From Methylococcaceae bacterium (GTDB lineage: Bacteria > Pseudomonadota > Gammaproteobacteria > Methylococcales > Methylomonadaceae), in NCBI GenBank assembly GCA_030627265.1, contig DAOUSK010000001.1, positions 1-59,474 of the forward strand: 59,474 nucleotides of DNA. The letters run 5' to 3'. Made by a program: the position numbers and the translations under genes. How positions within the stretch are numbered: position 1 is the stretch's first letter; every line of letters begins with the position of its first letter. Below, piece after piece: positions 1-9,935 of this stretch. The notes beneath the pieces were generated by a model. The model searched no databases. It was not told where the DNA came from and worked only from the letters and a program-made list of their open reading frames with translations.

Positions 1-391
1 GCGGCCCCACACTACCAAATTCTGGTGCGTAGCTAATCATCAAATCATCACGTCGCCAGTCAGGAATAAAACGTAAAGGGTCTAACAAGTATTGTAATTC
101 AGGCACATGCTTATCAACATCTTGAACAAGCATTGTCCAATGTGTTTCTGGTAGCCGAGCAAAATCTTTGTCTGATAAAGGCCCTCTTGTCACCTGCCAT
201 TTCCCATTAGCACCATGCTCTTCAATTAATCGCGATTCAATCTCTTCCTCGCAAGCTAAGCCCGCTAATTCATCGGGGCTAATGGGAGATTCAAAGTCAG
301 GAATCGCTTGGCGAATTAATAACGGTTTTTTTTGCCAGTATTGCTCTAAAAAATCTTGCTGACTTAACAGGCTATTACAAAATTGTGTCAT
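1..391 (-). CDS. roxA: JmjC/cupin ribosomal oxygenase (YcfD/RoxA family), N-terminal part, runs off the window edge
   Basis: Not in the ORF track. Manual translation from ATG at 391 gives MTQFCNSLLSQQDFLEQYWQKKPLLIRQAIPDFESPISPDELAGLACEEEIESRLI...IPDWRRDDLMISYAPEFGSVGP, typical of the YcfD N-terminus. Confidence 0.85.
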   Translation of the reverse strand, partial: MTQFCNSLLSQQDFLEQYWQKKPLLIRQAIPDFESPISPDELAGLACEEEIESRLIEEHGANGKWQVTRGPLSDKDFARLPETHWTMLVQDVDKHVPELQYLLDPLRFIPDWRRDDLMISYAPEFGSVGP

Positions 392-422
392 AACTACATC
401 CAGTAACGCATTTAACATTTTT

Positions 423-527
423 GTAGGATGGGTAGAATGTAGCACCCGTCTTTTCCGGTGCGCAGTGAAACCCATCAATCCTATGAGAAATGATGGGGTT
501 CGCAAAAAGGCGCTCTACCCATCCTAC
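423..527. repeat. REPIN-like doublet, family A (GTAGGATGGGTAGA ... TCTACCCATCCTAC)
   Basis: Two inverted GTAG-type REP arms. The long arm carries a GCACC/GGTGC hairpin; the short arm is GATGGGGTTCGCAAAAAGGCGCTCTACCCATCCTAC. Confidence 0.85.
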
Positions 528-557
528 GCGAGACCTATTATACAAATGAGTCATAAG

Positions 558-1187
558 CTACCCTGCACACTCTTGTAATAAAACATCAGCAATCGCACAA
601 ATCATTAACTGGCTGCTTCTTGCCCCCGCATCAATATGCCCTAAACTACGCTCCTCTAAAAAAGAAGCTCTCCCTTTTTTCGCTAACATGTTTTCTGTCG
701 ATTGCATGCCTAAAACCGCAGTTTCTTTAACCTTTATTAATAAATCAGATAACGAATCTTCTGCGCTATTTTCCTGCAAAACAATGGCCACAGGAATTAA
801 CACATCTAACATTGTTTTTTCACCCGCATCAGATTTACCACGAGACTTCATTGCCTCTACCCCTGCTGCAAATGCCTCTGCAAAGGAAGTCGTCCCACCC
901 TTACCCTCTTTAGCCATGGCAACAAATAAAGTACCGAATAACGAGCCCGATGCCCCGCCGATTTTACTCATACAGGTCAACCCTATTTTTTTCCATGCTG
1001 CAGGCCACTCTAATTGGCTAGTTTCAGCAGCTTGCTCGGTTAATACCTTGAGCCCTCGCTGTATGTTAATCACATGATCGCCATCACCAATCTCCCTATC
1101 TAATTCAGCGACTTCTTCCGCGTACAGCTCGATAACATCATTGGCAGCTTGTATGGATTTTTCCAAAATAAGAGGGGTAATTTTCAT
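558..1187 (-). CDS. dhaL: Dihydroxyacetone kinase ADP-binding subunit L
   Basis: LDREIGDGDH, GGASGSLFG, GEKTMLDVL, KKGRASFL and DAGA motifs of the Dak2 domain. Confidence 0.9.
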   Translation of the reverse strand: MKITPLILEKSIQAANDVIELYAEEVAELDREIGDGDHVINIQRGLKVLTEQAAETSQLEWPAAWKKIGLTCMSKIGGASGSLFGTLFVAMAKEGKGGTTSFAEAFAAGVEAMKSRGKSDAGEKTMLDVLIPVAIVLQENSAEDSLSDLLIKVKETAVLGMQSTENMLAKKGRASFLEERSLGHIDAGARSSQLMICAIADVLLQECAG

Positions 1188-1363
1188 GTTTTCTCCATTA
1201 TTGTCAGTTCGGTTTCAAGTAAACAGTCACCCACTCTCCCAGTGGCTATATTTACTTTTAGCTAGGGGAATACTATACTCGTACTCATTATTTAATGTTA
1301 ATTAAGCCCCAATAAGCACATTTTTTAACATTAAGGCGACCTAACCTACTTAAAAAGAATCTT

Positions 1364-2836
1364 ATGAATACAACACAAGAAACGTTTCCTGATTGCGATT
1401 TAGTTATTTATGGCGGCCTTGGTGATTTGTCTCGCCGCAAATTGCTCATTTCACTTTATCGCTTAGAACATGGTGATTTTTTAGAGCCTGGAACACGTAT
1501 CATTGCTGTTGATAGATTAGAAGAAAATACTGAAAGCTATATTAAAATTGCTTACCAAAGCTTACAAAGCTTTTTAGGCTCACCTGTTGATGAAGCAGTA
1601 TGGGAAAAATTATCGGTGCGTTTATCGTATCAACAAATGGATTTAATGAATCCTGATGAGTTTAAGATTTTTAACGAAATCACCGACTCTAGTAAACGCG
1701 TGATGGTTAACTATTTTGCCGTTGCGCCTTTCTTATTTAAAGCAATTTGCCAAGGTTTAGAGCAATCAGGTGTACTAACAGAAACATCACGCATGGTCAT
1801 GGAAAAGCCGATTGGTCACGACCTTGCATCTTCACAAGAAATTAACGATGTGGTTGCTAGTGTATTCCAAGAAAGCCAAGTTTATAGGATTGACCATTAC
1901 TTAGGCAAAGAGACCGTGTTAAATTTATTAGCGCTGCGTTTTGCTAATTCAATTTTCACCACTAACTGGGATCACAATACCATTGATTCAGTGCAAATTA
2001 CGGTTGCTGAAGAGGTTGGTATCGAAGGGCGCTGGGAGTATTTTGACCAAACAGGTCAATTGCGCGATATGGTGCAAAATCATTTATTACAAATTTTAAC
2101 CTTTGTTGCGATGGAGCCACCCGTCAATTTAAAAGCACAAAGTATCCATAACGAAAAAATCAAAGTACTCAACGCACTACGCCCGATTACACTTGCTAAC
2201 GTTAATGAAACCACAGTACGCGGACAGTACACCGACGGTTTTCAAAAAGGTACTGCAGTACCGGGTTATTTAAACGAAGAAGGCGCAAATACACAAAGCA
2301 CAACAGAAAGTTTCGTTGCCTTACGTGTTGATATTGATAACTGGCGTTGGGCTGGCGTTCCTTTTTACCTACGCACCGGCAAACGTTTAATGAACAAACG
2401 CACGGAAATTGTCATTAACTTCAAACAACTTCCGCATAATATTTTTACCGAAAGTTATAAAGAACTCCCTGCCAATAAACTGGTCATTCACTTGCAACCT
2501 AATGAAGGCATTGAAATACAGATGCTAAATAAAGTGCCTGGTATTGATGAAAATATCAAGCTACAAAAAACAAAACTGGATTTAAGCTTTTCTGAAACTT
2601 TCAAAAATAGTAGCTTGTATGGCGGTTATGAAAAATTGGTTTTAGAAGCCATGCGTGGCAACCCCACTTTATTTATTAGCCGCGAAGAAATCGAACAAGC
2701 TTGGTCTTGGGTTGATTCTATTCAAGATGCATGGTCACATGCCAATGAAGAACCTAAAGGTTATCCAGCAGGAAGTTGGGGGCCAGTCGCTTCCGTCGCG
2801 TTATTAGCAAGAGATGGTAGGTCTTGGGAAGAGTAA
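1364..2836 (+). CDS. zwf: Glucose-6-phosphate 1-dehydrogenase
   Basis: GGLGDL, EKPIG, RIDHYLGKE, RDMVQNHLLQ, RWAGVPFYLRTGK motifs. Confidence 0.97.
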   Translation: MNTTQETFPDCDLVIYGGLGDLSRRKLLISLYRLEHGDFLEPGTRIIAVDRLEENTESYIKIAYQSLQSFLGSPVDEAVWEKLSVRLSYQQMDLMNPDEFKIFNEITDSSKRVMVNYFAVAPFLFKAICQGLEQSGVLTETSRMVMEKPIGHDLASSQEINDVVASVFQESQVYRIDHYLGKETVLNLLALRFANSIFTTNWDHNTIDSVQITVAEEVGIEGRWEYFDQTGQLRDMVQNHLLQILTFVAMEPPVNLKAQSIHNEKIKVLNALRPITLANVNETTVRGQYTDGFQKGTAVPGYLNEEGANTQSTTESFVALRVDIDNWRWAGVPFYLRTGKRLMNKRTEIVINFKQLPHNIFTESYKELPANKLVIHLQPNEGIEIQMLNKVPGIDENIKLQKTKLDLSFSETFKNSSLYGGYEKLVLEAMRGNPTLFISREEIEQAWSWVDSIQDAWSHANEEPKGYPAGSWGPVASVALLARDGRSWEE

Positions 2837-2856
2837 CACGGCTTTTTTCGACTCGT

Positions 2857-2948
2857 TAGAGCTTGTAGTGAACCCCATCATTTATCATGGAATTGATGAG
2901 GTTCACTGCGTACCGAAAAAGATAGGTACTATGCTCTACATATCCTGC
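2857..2948. repeat. Degenerate family A REP doublet, reverse orientation
   Basis: Reverse complement GCAGGATATGTAGAGCATAGTACC...GGTACGCAGTGAACCTCATCA matches the long arm. Confidence 0.65.
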
Positions 2949-3123
2949 AGACTTTCATATCTAGCCTAGCTCAATAAACAAAATCAGCCTGAAAATAAAG
3001 AATAAACTCACCTACATTTTTAGCGGTATTTCGCATGTAAAATATAGTAAAGAATAATCCTTGCCAAGCTAGTGTTATCTGGTAATATCAGAGCCTCTTG
3101 AATTTAAGTGTATGAGGGCTAAC

Positions 3124-3345
3124 ATGTCTGAATGTTCTTTTTGTGGTGTTATAGAAAAAAAACAATTCCCTTTGTGCCACTCTTGTGGAACATTGCGCTA
3201 CCCGATTGAACAAGTCGCTCGTTCTACCAGCAATTTAAAGAAAAAATTAAAACTCTCTGTCACCGTTATTGCAGCGGTCATTACACCGGGCGCTTTTATC
3301 GCTTTAGCCGCCTTTGAGCTTAACAAAAGAACCCGTAAAACCTAG
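3124..3345 (+). CDS. Small zinc-ribbon protein with C-terminal hydrophobic segment
   Basis: CSFC and CHSC pairs, then VTVIAAVITPGAFIALAAF. GAGG Shine-Dalgarno favours ATG 3124 over 3112. Confidence 0.6.
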   Translation: MSECSFCGVIEKKQFPLCHSCGTLRYPIEQVARSTSNLKKKLKLSVTVIAAVITPGAFIALAAFELNKRTRKT

Positions 3346-3482
3346 CTCTTCTTCGCGCGCCGCTAATTACCCTTGATAACACTAGCTACTGGCCTTTTTT
3401 ATTACCTTTGTTTAAATCAGCCGCGCTATAATACTCATTAGATATTTAGTCACTTCCAGGCGTATTCAAGTCTCTACACTTT

Positions 3483-6400
3483 ATGAAAAAAACAGTACTA
3501 TTCTTTTCTCTTCTGCTTTTCTTTATTCCTTTATTATCTGCAAAACAAACACAAGTTTTAGAGCCCGTTAGCTTACAACTCAAATGGAAAACACAGTTTC
3601 AATTTGCAGGTTATTATGCGGCACTGGAAAAAGGCTTTTACCAGCAAGAAGGTTTAGATGTCAGCATTTTACCTCTCAACTCAAACAAAAATATTATTGA
3701 TGAGGTAGCAACAGGGAAAATTAACTATGCGGTGGGTGGCTCAGGGATTTTAGCGCACTACGCTAACGGAAAGCCAATCATCGCTTTAGCCGCTATTTTT
3801 CAACATGATGCCTTAGTGTTTATTGCTAAAGCATCCTCTGGCATTATCAGCCCTTATGAAATGGCAGGTAAACGTATTATGTTTGATGGCACAACGGAGG
3901 ATGACGCACCCTTAACTGCTATGCTAAATGATGCAGATTTGAGCAAACAAGACTATATTGAAGTTCCTCCCAGCTTTAGATCTGACGAATTAATTAATGA
4001 TCAAACGGATATTATGTCCGCCTACCTAACAGATCAGCCCTTTACCCTTAAATCTCAAGGGATAAAACTCAATATTATTAACCCGCAAAATTATGGTTTT
4101 GATTTTTATGGCGATATTTTATATACCAGCCAAATCGAACTTAAAAATCATGCTCAGCGTGCAGATCGTTTCAAACGCGCTTCACTTAAAGGCTGGCAAT
4201 ACGCACTTTCTAACCCCGAAGAATTAATTTATCTTCTAAAAAATAAATACCATAGCCAATCCAGCATTGAGACCTTGCGCTATGAAGCAAAAGAAACAAG
4301 AAAACTCATTTTACCTGACGTGATCCCCTTAGGAGAAATTAATGTCAACCGCTTAAGGCGAGTCGCTAATACTTATGCATCTTTAAATTTAGCCCCTCCT
4401 TTAAGCGATATTAACTTAAAAAAGTTTATTCACAGCGATACCGGTACCTCTCCCATCATTTTATCAACCAAAGAAAAAGCTTGGTTAAAAAAACACCCAA
4501 TTATTCGCGTGGGAATTGGTCGTGATTTTGCACCTTATGAATGGGTAGATAAAAAAGGGAATTACGTGGGTTTAGCGGCTGATTATATGCGGCTATTAGA
4601 AGAACGATTAGGCGTTAAATTTGAAATTATAAAAAATAAATCTTGGCCTGAAATTCTTAAGCTAGCAAAAAATGGTGAAATAGATCTAGTATCTTGCTTA
4701 AACAAAAGCCCACAAAGACAAGAATATCTTAATTTTACTAAAGCTTATATCAGCAATCCTCGAGTTATTATTAATGCCAATCGCAATGGTTACATTGGTT
4801 CACTAAAAAAGCTACGCGGCAAAACGGTTGCTGTTGAAAAAGGCTACCTTACCTATGATAGGCTATCGACTAATTACCCTAAAATAAAATTATTATTAGT
4901 TGATACGACGAGCGAAGCACTAAAAAAAGTATCCACAGGAGAGGTCGATGCCTACGTTGGAGATGCCGCCTTTGCTGATTATTCAATAAAAAAATCTGGT
5001 TTATTAAATTTACAATTTGCAGGTGAAACCGGTAATTTCAGTCGCTATCGCGCGGGAGTCATCAAGTCCCATCCTGAGTTACTTTCCATTCTGCACAAAG
5101 CATTCAATAACATCACCCGTCAAGAACGGCAGTCCATTGAAAAAAAATGGATGGGACTAACGGTTCAGACTGGAGTCACCTCCCGCACCCTATTAGCAAT
5201 TAGTCTTGTTATTTCAGCTATTTTTCTCACCTTTATTTTTCGTGGCTACCACCTTAAACGATCAAAAAAAATTATTGCCAATAGTGAAAAACAACTTCAG
5301 TCAATTCTTGATGCATCTCCCGTTCCACAAGCAATTAATGACTCAGACCTCAATGTTACTTACTTAAACCAAGCTTTTGTGCATACTTTTGGCTACACAC
5401 TGGAAGATATTCCAACACTTGCTGAATGGTGGCCAAAAGCCTATCCTGACCCTTATTATCGTGAAAGTATTCAGCAATTGTGGCGACACAACCAACAAAT
5501 GTATGACAAATATCAGCATAAATTTGAACCGACTGAAGTAGAAGTCCATTGTAAAGATGGAAGTATGCGTCATATTGTCATTGATGTAACAATGATACAA
5601 AAATCTGACATTGAAAGCAAAAACCTGCGAGTTATTACTTTATTCGATATTACTGAACGTAAACTCAGAGAAGAAAAATTACACCAAAACCAACAAAAAC
5701 TAATACAAAACAAAGAAGTACTCATAAATATTTCTAAAAAACCTTATTCAAGTAAGATTGAAGCATTTGATAACATTATCAAGATAACCGCCGAGCAATT
5801 ACAAATACCTCGAATCAGTATTTGGTTATTCAATACAAATAAAAGTCAGCTAATCTGTCAATCCATCTATAGCCGAGGCGTGCTGTCTCATGATGAATTA
5901 GTCTTAGAAACCAAAGATTATCCAGGCTATTTTAAATCCCTAGAAGCAAGCGGCAGTATTTTAGTTGATGATGTACTAACTCACCCCGCAACCAAGGAAT
6001 GTATCGAAAGCTATTTAAAACCCCTTGGCATTACTTCTTTAATGGATCAATCCATCCGCATTCAAGGAAAAATAGTGGGTGTTATTTGTTATGAACAAAT
6101 AGGTTCCCAACGAGATTGGTTAATTGAGGAGCAGGATTTTGCACAAGCAATCACAGATTTATGCAGCCAAGTTATTTTAGAAATAGAGCGTAGACAAACC
6201 GAAGATCAATTAAAACTATCCGCACGTGTTTTCAGTGATACGCATGAAGGCATCATGATTACCGATACTAACTCTATGATTATTGATGTCAACCCTGCTT
6301 TTTGTCATATTACTGGCTACAGCCGTGAAGAAATCATAGGAAAAAACCCTAAAATATTAAGCTCGGGTAAACAAAGCCCGCAGTTTTATGCTGAAATGTG

Positions 6401-8249
6401 GCACATTATTAATGATCATGGCTACTGGCAGGGCGAAATTTGGAACCGCACAAAAAGCGGCGTACTTTATGCTGAGTCACTCAATATTTCTGCTTTAACA
6501 AATGATAACCATGAAGTCATTAATTATGTGGGCATGTTTACTGATGTAACACAAAGCAAAAAGCAGCAAGAAGAACTTACCCTTATGGCACATTATGATC
6601 GACTCACAGGACTGCCTAACCGCAGCCTGTTTGTAGATCGATTTCATCAAGCCATTGCCCATAGTAAACGCGCAAAAACGCAACTGGCTGTCTGCTTTCT
6701 TGATTTAGATAAATTCAAACCTATTAATGATAACTATGGCCATGAAGTAGGCGACCAAATATTAATTGAAGTCGCTAACCGCATTAATCTCTGTATCCGA
6801 GAAGAAGACACCGTTTCTCGCCAAGGAGGAGATGAGTTTGCTTTACTATTAAATGACATCAAATCAAACATTCAATGCGAGCAAACACTGCAACGCTTAC
6901 ACCAGTCTCTTGCGGTACCTTATTTAATTAATAATGTAAAACACTCCATTTCTGCTTCGAGTGGTTTTACTTTATACCCTTCCGATATGGGCGATATTGA
7001 TACCTTACTTCGTCATGCAGACCAAGCGATGTACCAATCAAAACGGCTAGGGCGCAATCAATTTCATTTATTTAATGCAACTCAGGATCAAGAAATAATC
7101 TACAAACATCATCGCTTAACTGAGATTGAACAAGCACTCTTAAACGATGAATTGACTTTATATTATCAACCTAAAGTCAATATGGTAACGGGGGAGGTCT
7201 TCGGTGCCGAAGCGTTAATTCGCTGGATACACCCAGAAAAAGGAATTATTCCTCCCCTTGATTTTTTGCCTTTAATCGATAGCACCCAGCTAGAAATTAA
7301 AATTGGTAACTGGGTCATTAGCCAAGCTTTAGCACAATTAGACACTTGGCAAAAACAAGGCATTATTCTTGAAGTGAGTATTAATATTGCTTCTTATCAC
7401 TTACAAAGTAGTCATTTCATTACTAATCTAGAGAATGAACTCGCTCAACACCTAAGCGTTAAATCGGAATTTTTACAACTAGAGATACTTGAAAGCAGTG
7501 CCTTAGGTGATGTACAAACCATTCAAAAAATTATTAGTACCTGCCAAAATGCACTAGGTGTCAATATTGCCCTTGATGACTTTGGTACAGGTTATTCATC
7601 GTTAACACACTTAAGAAGCCTATCCGCAAATACCATTAAGATTGATCAAAGCTTTGTACGCGATGTACTCGATGACCCGAGTGATTATTCGATTATTGAA
7701 GGCATTATTGGCCTTGCTAACGCATTTAATCGTACCGTTATCGCTGAAGGCGTGGAAACAACAGAGCATGGTTTATTATTACTTATGCTAGATTGCCATC
7801 TAGCCCAAGGTTACGGCATTGCTAAACCGATGCCAGCAAATGAAGTAGAAGCTTGGTTAAATCACTACACCCCAAACACTGAGTGGCAACGGTATGGTAA
7901 TAAACTCCAGAGTGCTAAAGAAAGTAAAGCCTTCTCCTTTCAACTCGTTGCTAATCAGTGGAAAAATAAATTACTCAATAACATTCAAGCAGAACCTGAT
8001 GCAATCGATTCATGGCCCATCATGAAAAGCACACGCTGTCATTGTGCCCATTGGATAAAGCGCGAAAAAATCGAACAGTTATTTGCTAAAGAAATACTTA
8101 TTCAATTAGAGCAAACACACACTGAATTACACGCCCAAGCGCATACCTTGCAAGATCTTTATTTAAAGGGAGATATTCAAGCCGCCCGTGCAGGTATAGA
8201 CGAATTAAAGGCTAATTTTAAAACAATGACAGACATGGTGAGTCATTAA
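3483..8249 (+). CDS. Membrane-anchored diguanylate cyclase/phosphodiesterase: signal peptide, NMT1/THI5-like SBP, PBPb SBP, TM, PAS, GAF, PAS, GGDEF, EAL, CZB-like
   Basis: LQLKWKTQFQFAGYYAA, DFAPYEW, REED...GGDEF, EALIRW, DDFGTGYSS, and C-terminal CHCAHW...HTELH. Confidence 0.9.
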   Translation: MKKTVLFFSLLLFFIPLLSAKQTQVLEPVSLQLKWKTQFQFAGYYAALEKGFYQQEGLDVSILPLNSNKNIIDEVATGKINYAVGGSGILAHYANGKPIIALAAIFQHDALVFIAKASSGIISPYEMAGKRIMFDGTTEDDAPLTAMLNDADLSKQDYIEVPPSFRSDELINDQTDIMSAYLTDQPFTLKSQGIKLNIINPQNYGFDFYGDILYTSQIELKNHAQRADRFKRASLKGWQYALSNPEELIYLLKNKYHSQSSIETLRYEAKETRKLILPDVIPLGEINVNRLRRVANTYASLNLAPPLSDINLKKFIHSDTGTSPIILSTKEKAWLKKHPIIRVGIGRDFAPYEWVDKKGNYVGLAADYMRLLEERLGVKFEIIKNKSWPEILKLAKNGEIDLVSCLNKSPQRQEYLNFTKAYISNPRVIINANRNGYIGSLKKLRGKTVAVEKGYLTYDRLSTNYPKIKLLLVDTTSEALKKVSTGEVDAYVGDAAFADYSIKKSGLLNLQFAGETGNFSRYRAGVIKSHPELLSILHKAFNNITRQERQSIEKKWMGLTVQTGVTSRTLLAISLVISAIFLTFIFRGYHLKRSKKIIANSEKQLQSILDASPVPQAINDSDLNVTYLNQAFVHTFGYTLEDIPTLAEWWPKAYPDPYYRESIQQLWRHNQQMYDKYQHKFEPTEVEVHCKDGSMRHIVIDVTMIQKSDIESKNLRVITLFDITERKLREEKLHQNQQKLIQNKEVLINISKKPYSSKIEAFDNIIKITAEQLQIPRISIWLFNTNKSQLICQSIYSRGVLSHDELVLETKDYPGYFKSLEASGSILVDDVLTHPATKECIESYLKPLGITSLMDQSIRIQGKIVGVICYEQIGSQRDWLIEEQDFAQAITDLCSQVILEIERRQTEDQLKLSARVFSDTHEGIMITDTNSMIIDVNPAFCHITGYSREEIIGKNPKILSSGKQSPQFYAEMWHIINDHGYWQGEIWNRTKSGVLYAESLNISALTNDNHEVINYVGMFTDVTQSKKQQEELTLMAHYDRLTGLPNRSLFVDRFHQAIAHSKRAKTQLAVCFLDLDKFKPINDNYGHEVGDQILIEVANRINLCIREEDTVSRQGGDEFALLLNDIKSNIQCEQTLQRLHQSLAVPYLINNVKHSISASSGFTLYPSDMGDIDTLLRHADQAMYQSKRLGRNQFHLFNATQDQEIIYKHHRLTEIEQALLNDELTLYYQPKVNMVTGEVFGAEALIRWIHPEKGIIPPLDFLPLIDSTQLEIKIGNWVISQALAQLDTWQKQGIILEVSINIASYHLQSSHFITNLENELAQHLSVKSEFLQLEILESSALGDVQTIQKIISTCQNALGVNIALDDFGTGYSSLTHLRSLSANTIKIDQSFVRDVLDDPSDYSIIEGIIGLANAFNRTVIAEGVETTEHGLLLLMLDCHLAQGYGIAKPMPANEVEAWLNHYTPNTEWQRYGNKLQSAKESKAFSFQLVANQWKNKLLNNIQAEPDAIDSWPIMKSTRCHCAHWIKREKIEQLFAKEILIQLEQTHTELHAQAHTLQDLYLKGDIQAARAGIDELKANFKTMTDMVSH

Positions 8250-8299
8250 CAACCTCCCCCCAAAAATATTATTGCTCCCATTCAATTAAGCACGTTGAC

Positions 8300-8367
8300 A
8301 TAGGTTTTGCCGACGCAGGAGGCGCATCAGCGGCTATTGATACGCTTCGTTCCTCAGCACCCCCTAT
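8300..8367. repeat. Degenerate REP doublet, family C (TAGG...GCGCATC / GATACGCTTCGTTCCTCAGCACCCCCTA)
   Basis: Imperfect inverted GTAG-like arms in the intergenic gap. Confidence 0.55.
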
Positions 8368-8501
8368 CATGTTCTATTTTTTGTAAGCAATAATCAGGTA
8401 TAACGTGGTGAAACCATACACATACCTTCTTGATAAGCAGATCTTTTCGACAGCCTAGCTCTATCCCCCCACCTCTTTAAAAGTATTGTTTTTTTAAAAA
8501 T

Positions 8502-8521
8502 ACAATTGATAATCATTCTCA
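8502..8521 (+). promoter_or_regulatory. Fur box
   Basis: ACAATTGATAATCATTCTC matches 14/19 of GATAATGATAATCATTATC. The 7-1-7 core TGATAATCATTCTCA has one mismatch. It lies about 45 bp upstream of the ATG at 8566. Confidence 0.8.
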
Positions 8522-8565
8522 CTTAGATTAATATAAGTACATCTTTTCTTTCTCTGAGTGCTCCC

Positions 8566-9840
8566 ATGAAAAAAATACCTTTCCAAACCTTGGTACTTGT
8601 CAGTGCCATTAGCGCAACAATGCCAGCTCACGCAATAACTACTGATGAATTAGCACAACAATTTGAGGCTTATAAAATGCAGCAAGCAGCTGAATTTAAA
8701 AAGTTAAGCGATGAAAACAATCAGCTAAAATCAAAGAATACTGAGCTAAAAGAAAAGATTGATACGACTGAGCAACAAGTTAAAAATAATACCGCCGCCG
8801 TTGAAACTGTCAGTGATGCAGTAGAGACATCAACACCATCAGGTGACAAGTGGTACGACAAAACGACTATCGGTGGTTATGGTGAGTTACATTACAATAA
8901 CTACGATTCAAAAGATGCAGGGCAAGTTAAAGATGAAATTGATTTTCACCGCTTTGTACTTTTCTTTGGCCATGAATTTACCGATAAACTAAGGTTTTTC
9001 TCCGAATTAGAGTTAGAACATAGTATAGCGAGTGGGCAAGATGGTTGGGAAGGTGAAATTGAACTAGAGCAAGCTTATATAGAATACGATGTCACCGAGC
9101 AAGCGAGCCTGAAAGCCGGTTTGTTCTTAATTCCTATCGGTATTATGAATGAAACACACGAACCGACGGCTTTTTACGGTGTAGAGCGTAATGATGTAGA
9201 AAAATACATCATTCCAACAACATGGTGGGAAGCGGGGCTAGGTGGTCAATATAATTTCTCTAACGGCATTAGCCTACACGGTGGTCTAAGTTCAGGCTTA
9301 AATGCTGAAGATGGCTATATTCGCGGAGGCCGTGGAAAGATATCCAAGCAAAGCATGAAAAGCGGCGCTGTTTATGGTGGAGCAAAATATACCGGTTTAC
9401 CTGGTTTAGAAGTCGCCTTAAATGTGAATTACCAAATAGATATGGATCAAGAAGGCAGCAATGACGTTAATGGTGGTGTGCTATCCGAAGTCCACGCTAT
9501 TTATAGCTACCCTGTTGGCCCAGGTCAATTAAGTGCTAAAGCACTCTATTCTCGCTGGGATATTGATACTACGATTCAAGATGCCGCTCATCAAGATGGT
9601 TGGTATGTAGAGCCGGCTTATCGCCAAGCGACACCCATTGGTGATATCGGTGTGTATTCTCGCTATCAAGAACTTACTTATTATAAAGGCACTAAGAAAC
9701 ATTTTAATAAATGGGAGTTAGGTTTTAACTACTGGGTTCATGAAAATGTTGTGCTTAAATTTGATTACTTTCAAAAACACACAACAGGTAAAGAATTTAA
9801 ACAAACAGGGTTTGACCTTGGTATCGGGTATAATTTTTAA
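8566..9840 (+). CDS. Outer-membrane beta-barrel porin (OprO/P-like) with N-terminal coiled coil, probably iron-regulated
   Basis: Signal peptide, coiled coil, IGGYGELHYN, DFHRFVLF, ELELEH, HEPTAFYGVERN, terminal GIGYNF beta-signal. Confidence 0.8.
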   Translation: MKKIPFQTLVLVSAISATMPAHAITTDELAQQFEAYKMQQAAEFKKLSDENNQLKSKNTELKEKIDTTEQQVKNNTAAVETVSDAVETSTPSGDKWYDKTTIGGYGELHYNNYDSKDAGQVKDEIDFHRFVLFFGHEFTDKLRFFSELELEHSIASGQDGWEGEIELEQAYIEYDVTEQASLKAGLFLIPIGIMNETHEPTAFYGVERNDVEKYIIPTTWWEAGLGGQYNFSNGISLHGGLSSGLNAEDGYIRGGRGKISKQSMKSGAVYGGAKYTGLPGLEVALNVNYQIDMDQEGSNDVNGGVLSEVHAIYSYPVGPGQLSAKALYSRWDIDTTIQDAAHQDGWYVEPAYRQATPIGDIGVYSRYQELTYYKGTKKHFNKWELGFNYWVHENVVLKFDYFQKHTTGKEFKQTGFDLGIGYNF

Positions 9841-9857
9841 GCTACGCACTTAATATA

Positions 9858-9882
9858 GTAGGGTACGCATTGCGTACCCTAC
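9858..9882. repeat. Perfect palindrome GTAGGGTACGCA-T-TGCGTACCCTAC (collapsed GTAG REP pair / intra-operon hairpin)
   Basis: 12-bp perfect arms. Confidence 0.8.
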
Positions 9883-9935
9883 ATTAATTTTCATTTACAA
9901 CCCTTTCTTCTACCCTGAATTCAGGCGCCTACATT

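Noticed and set aside
168-362. 64-aa ORF on +
   Set aside because: It is antisense to the roxA/ycfD-like gene that the ORF track missed because it is truncated by the window edge.
3483-4450. Thiamine biosynthesis gene (THI5/NMT1)
   Set aside because: The domain is the sensory N-terminus of a continuous GGDEF-EAL ORF, and no TPP riboswitch or thi genes were seen.
8268-8394. Outer ATTATTGCT/AGCAATAAT pair as a third MITE shell around the family C REP
   Set aside because: Only 9 AT-rich bp with no clear target duplication. Suggestive but not supportable.
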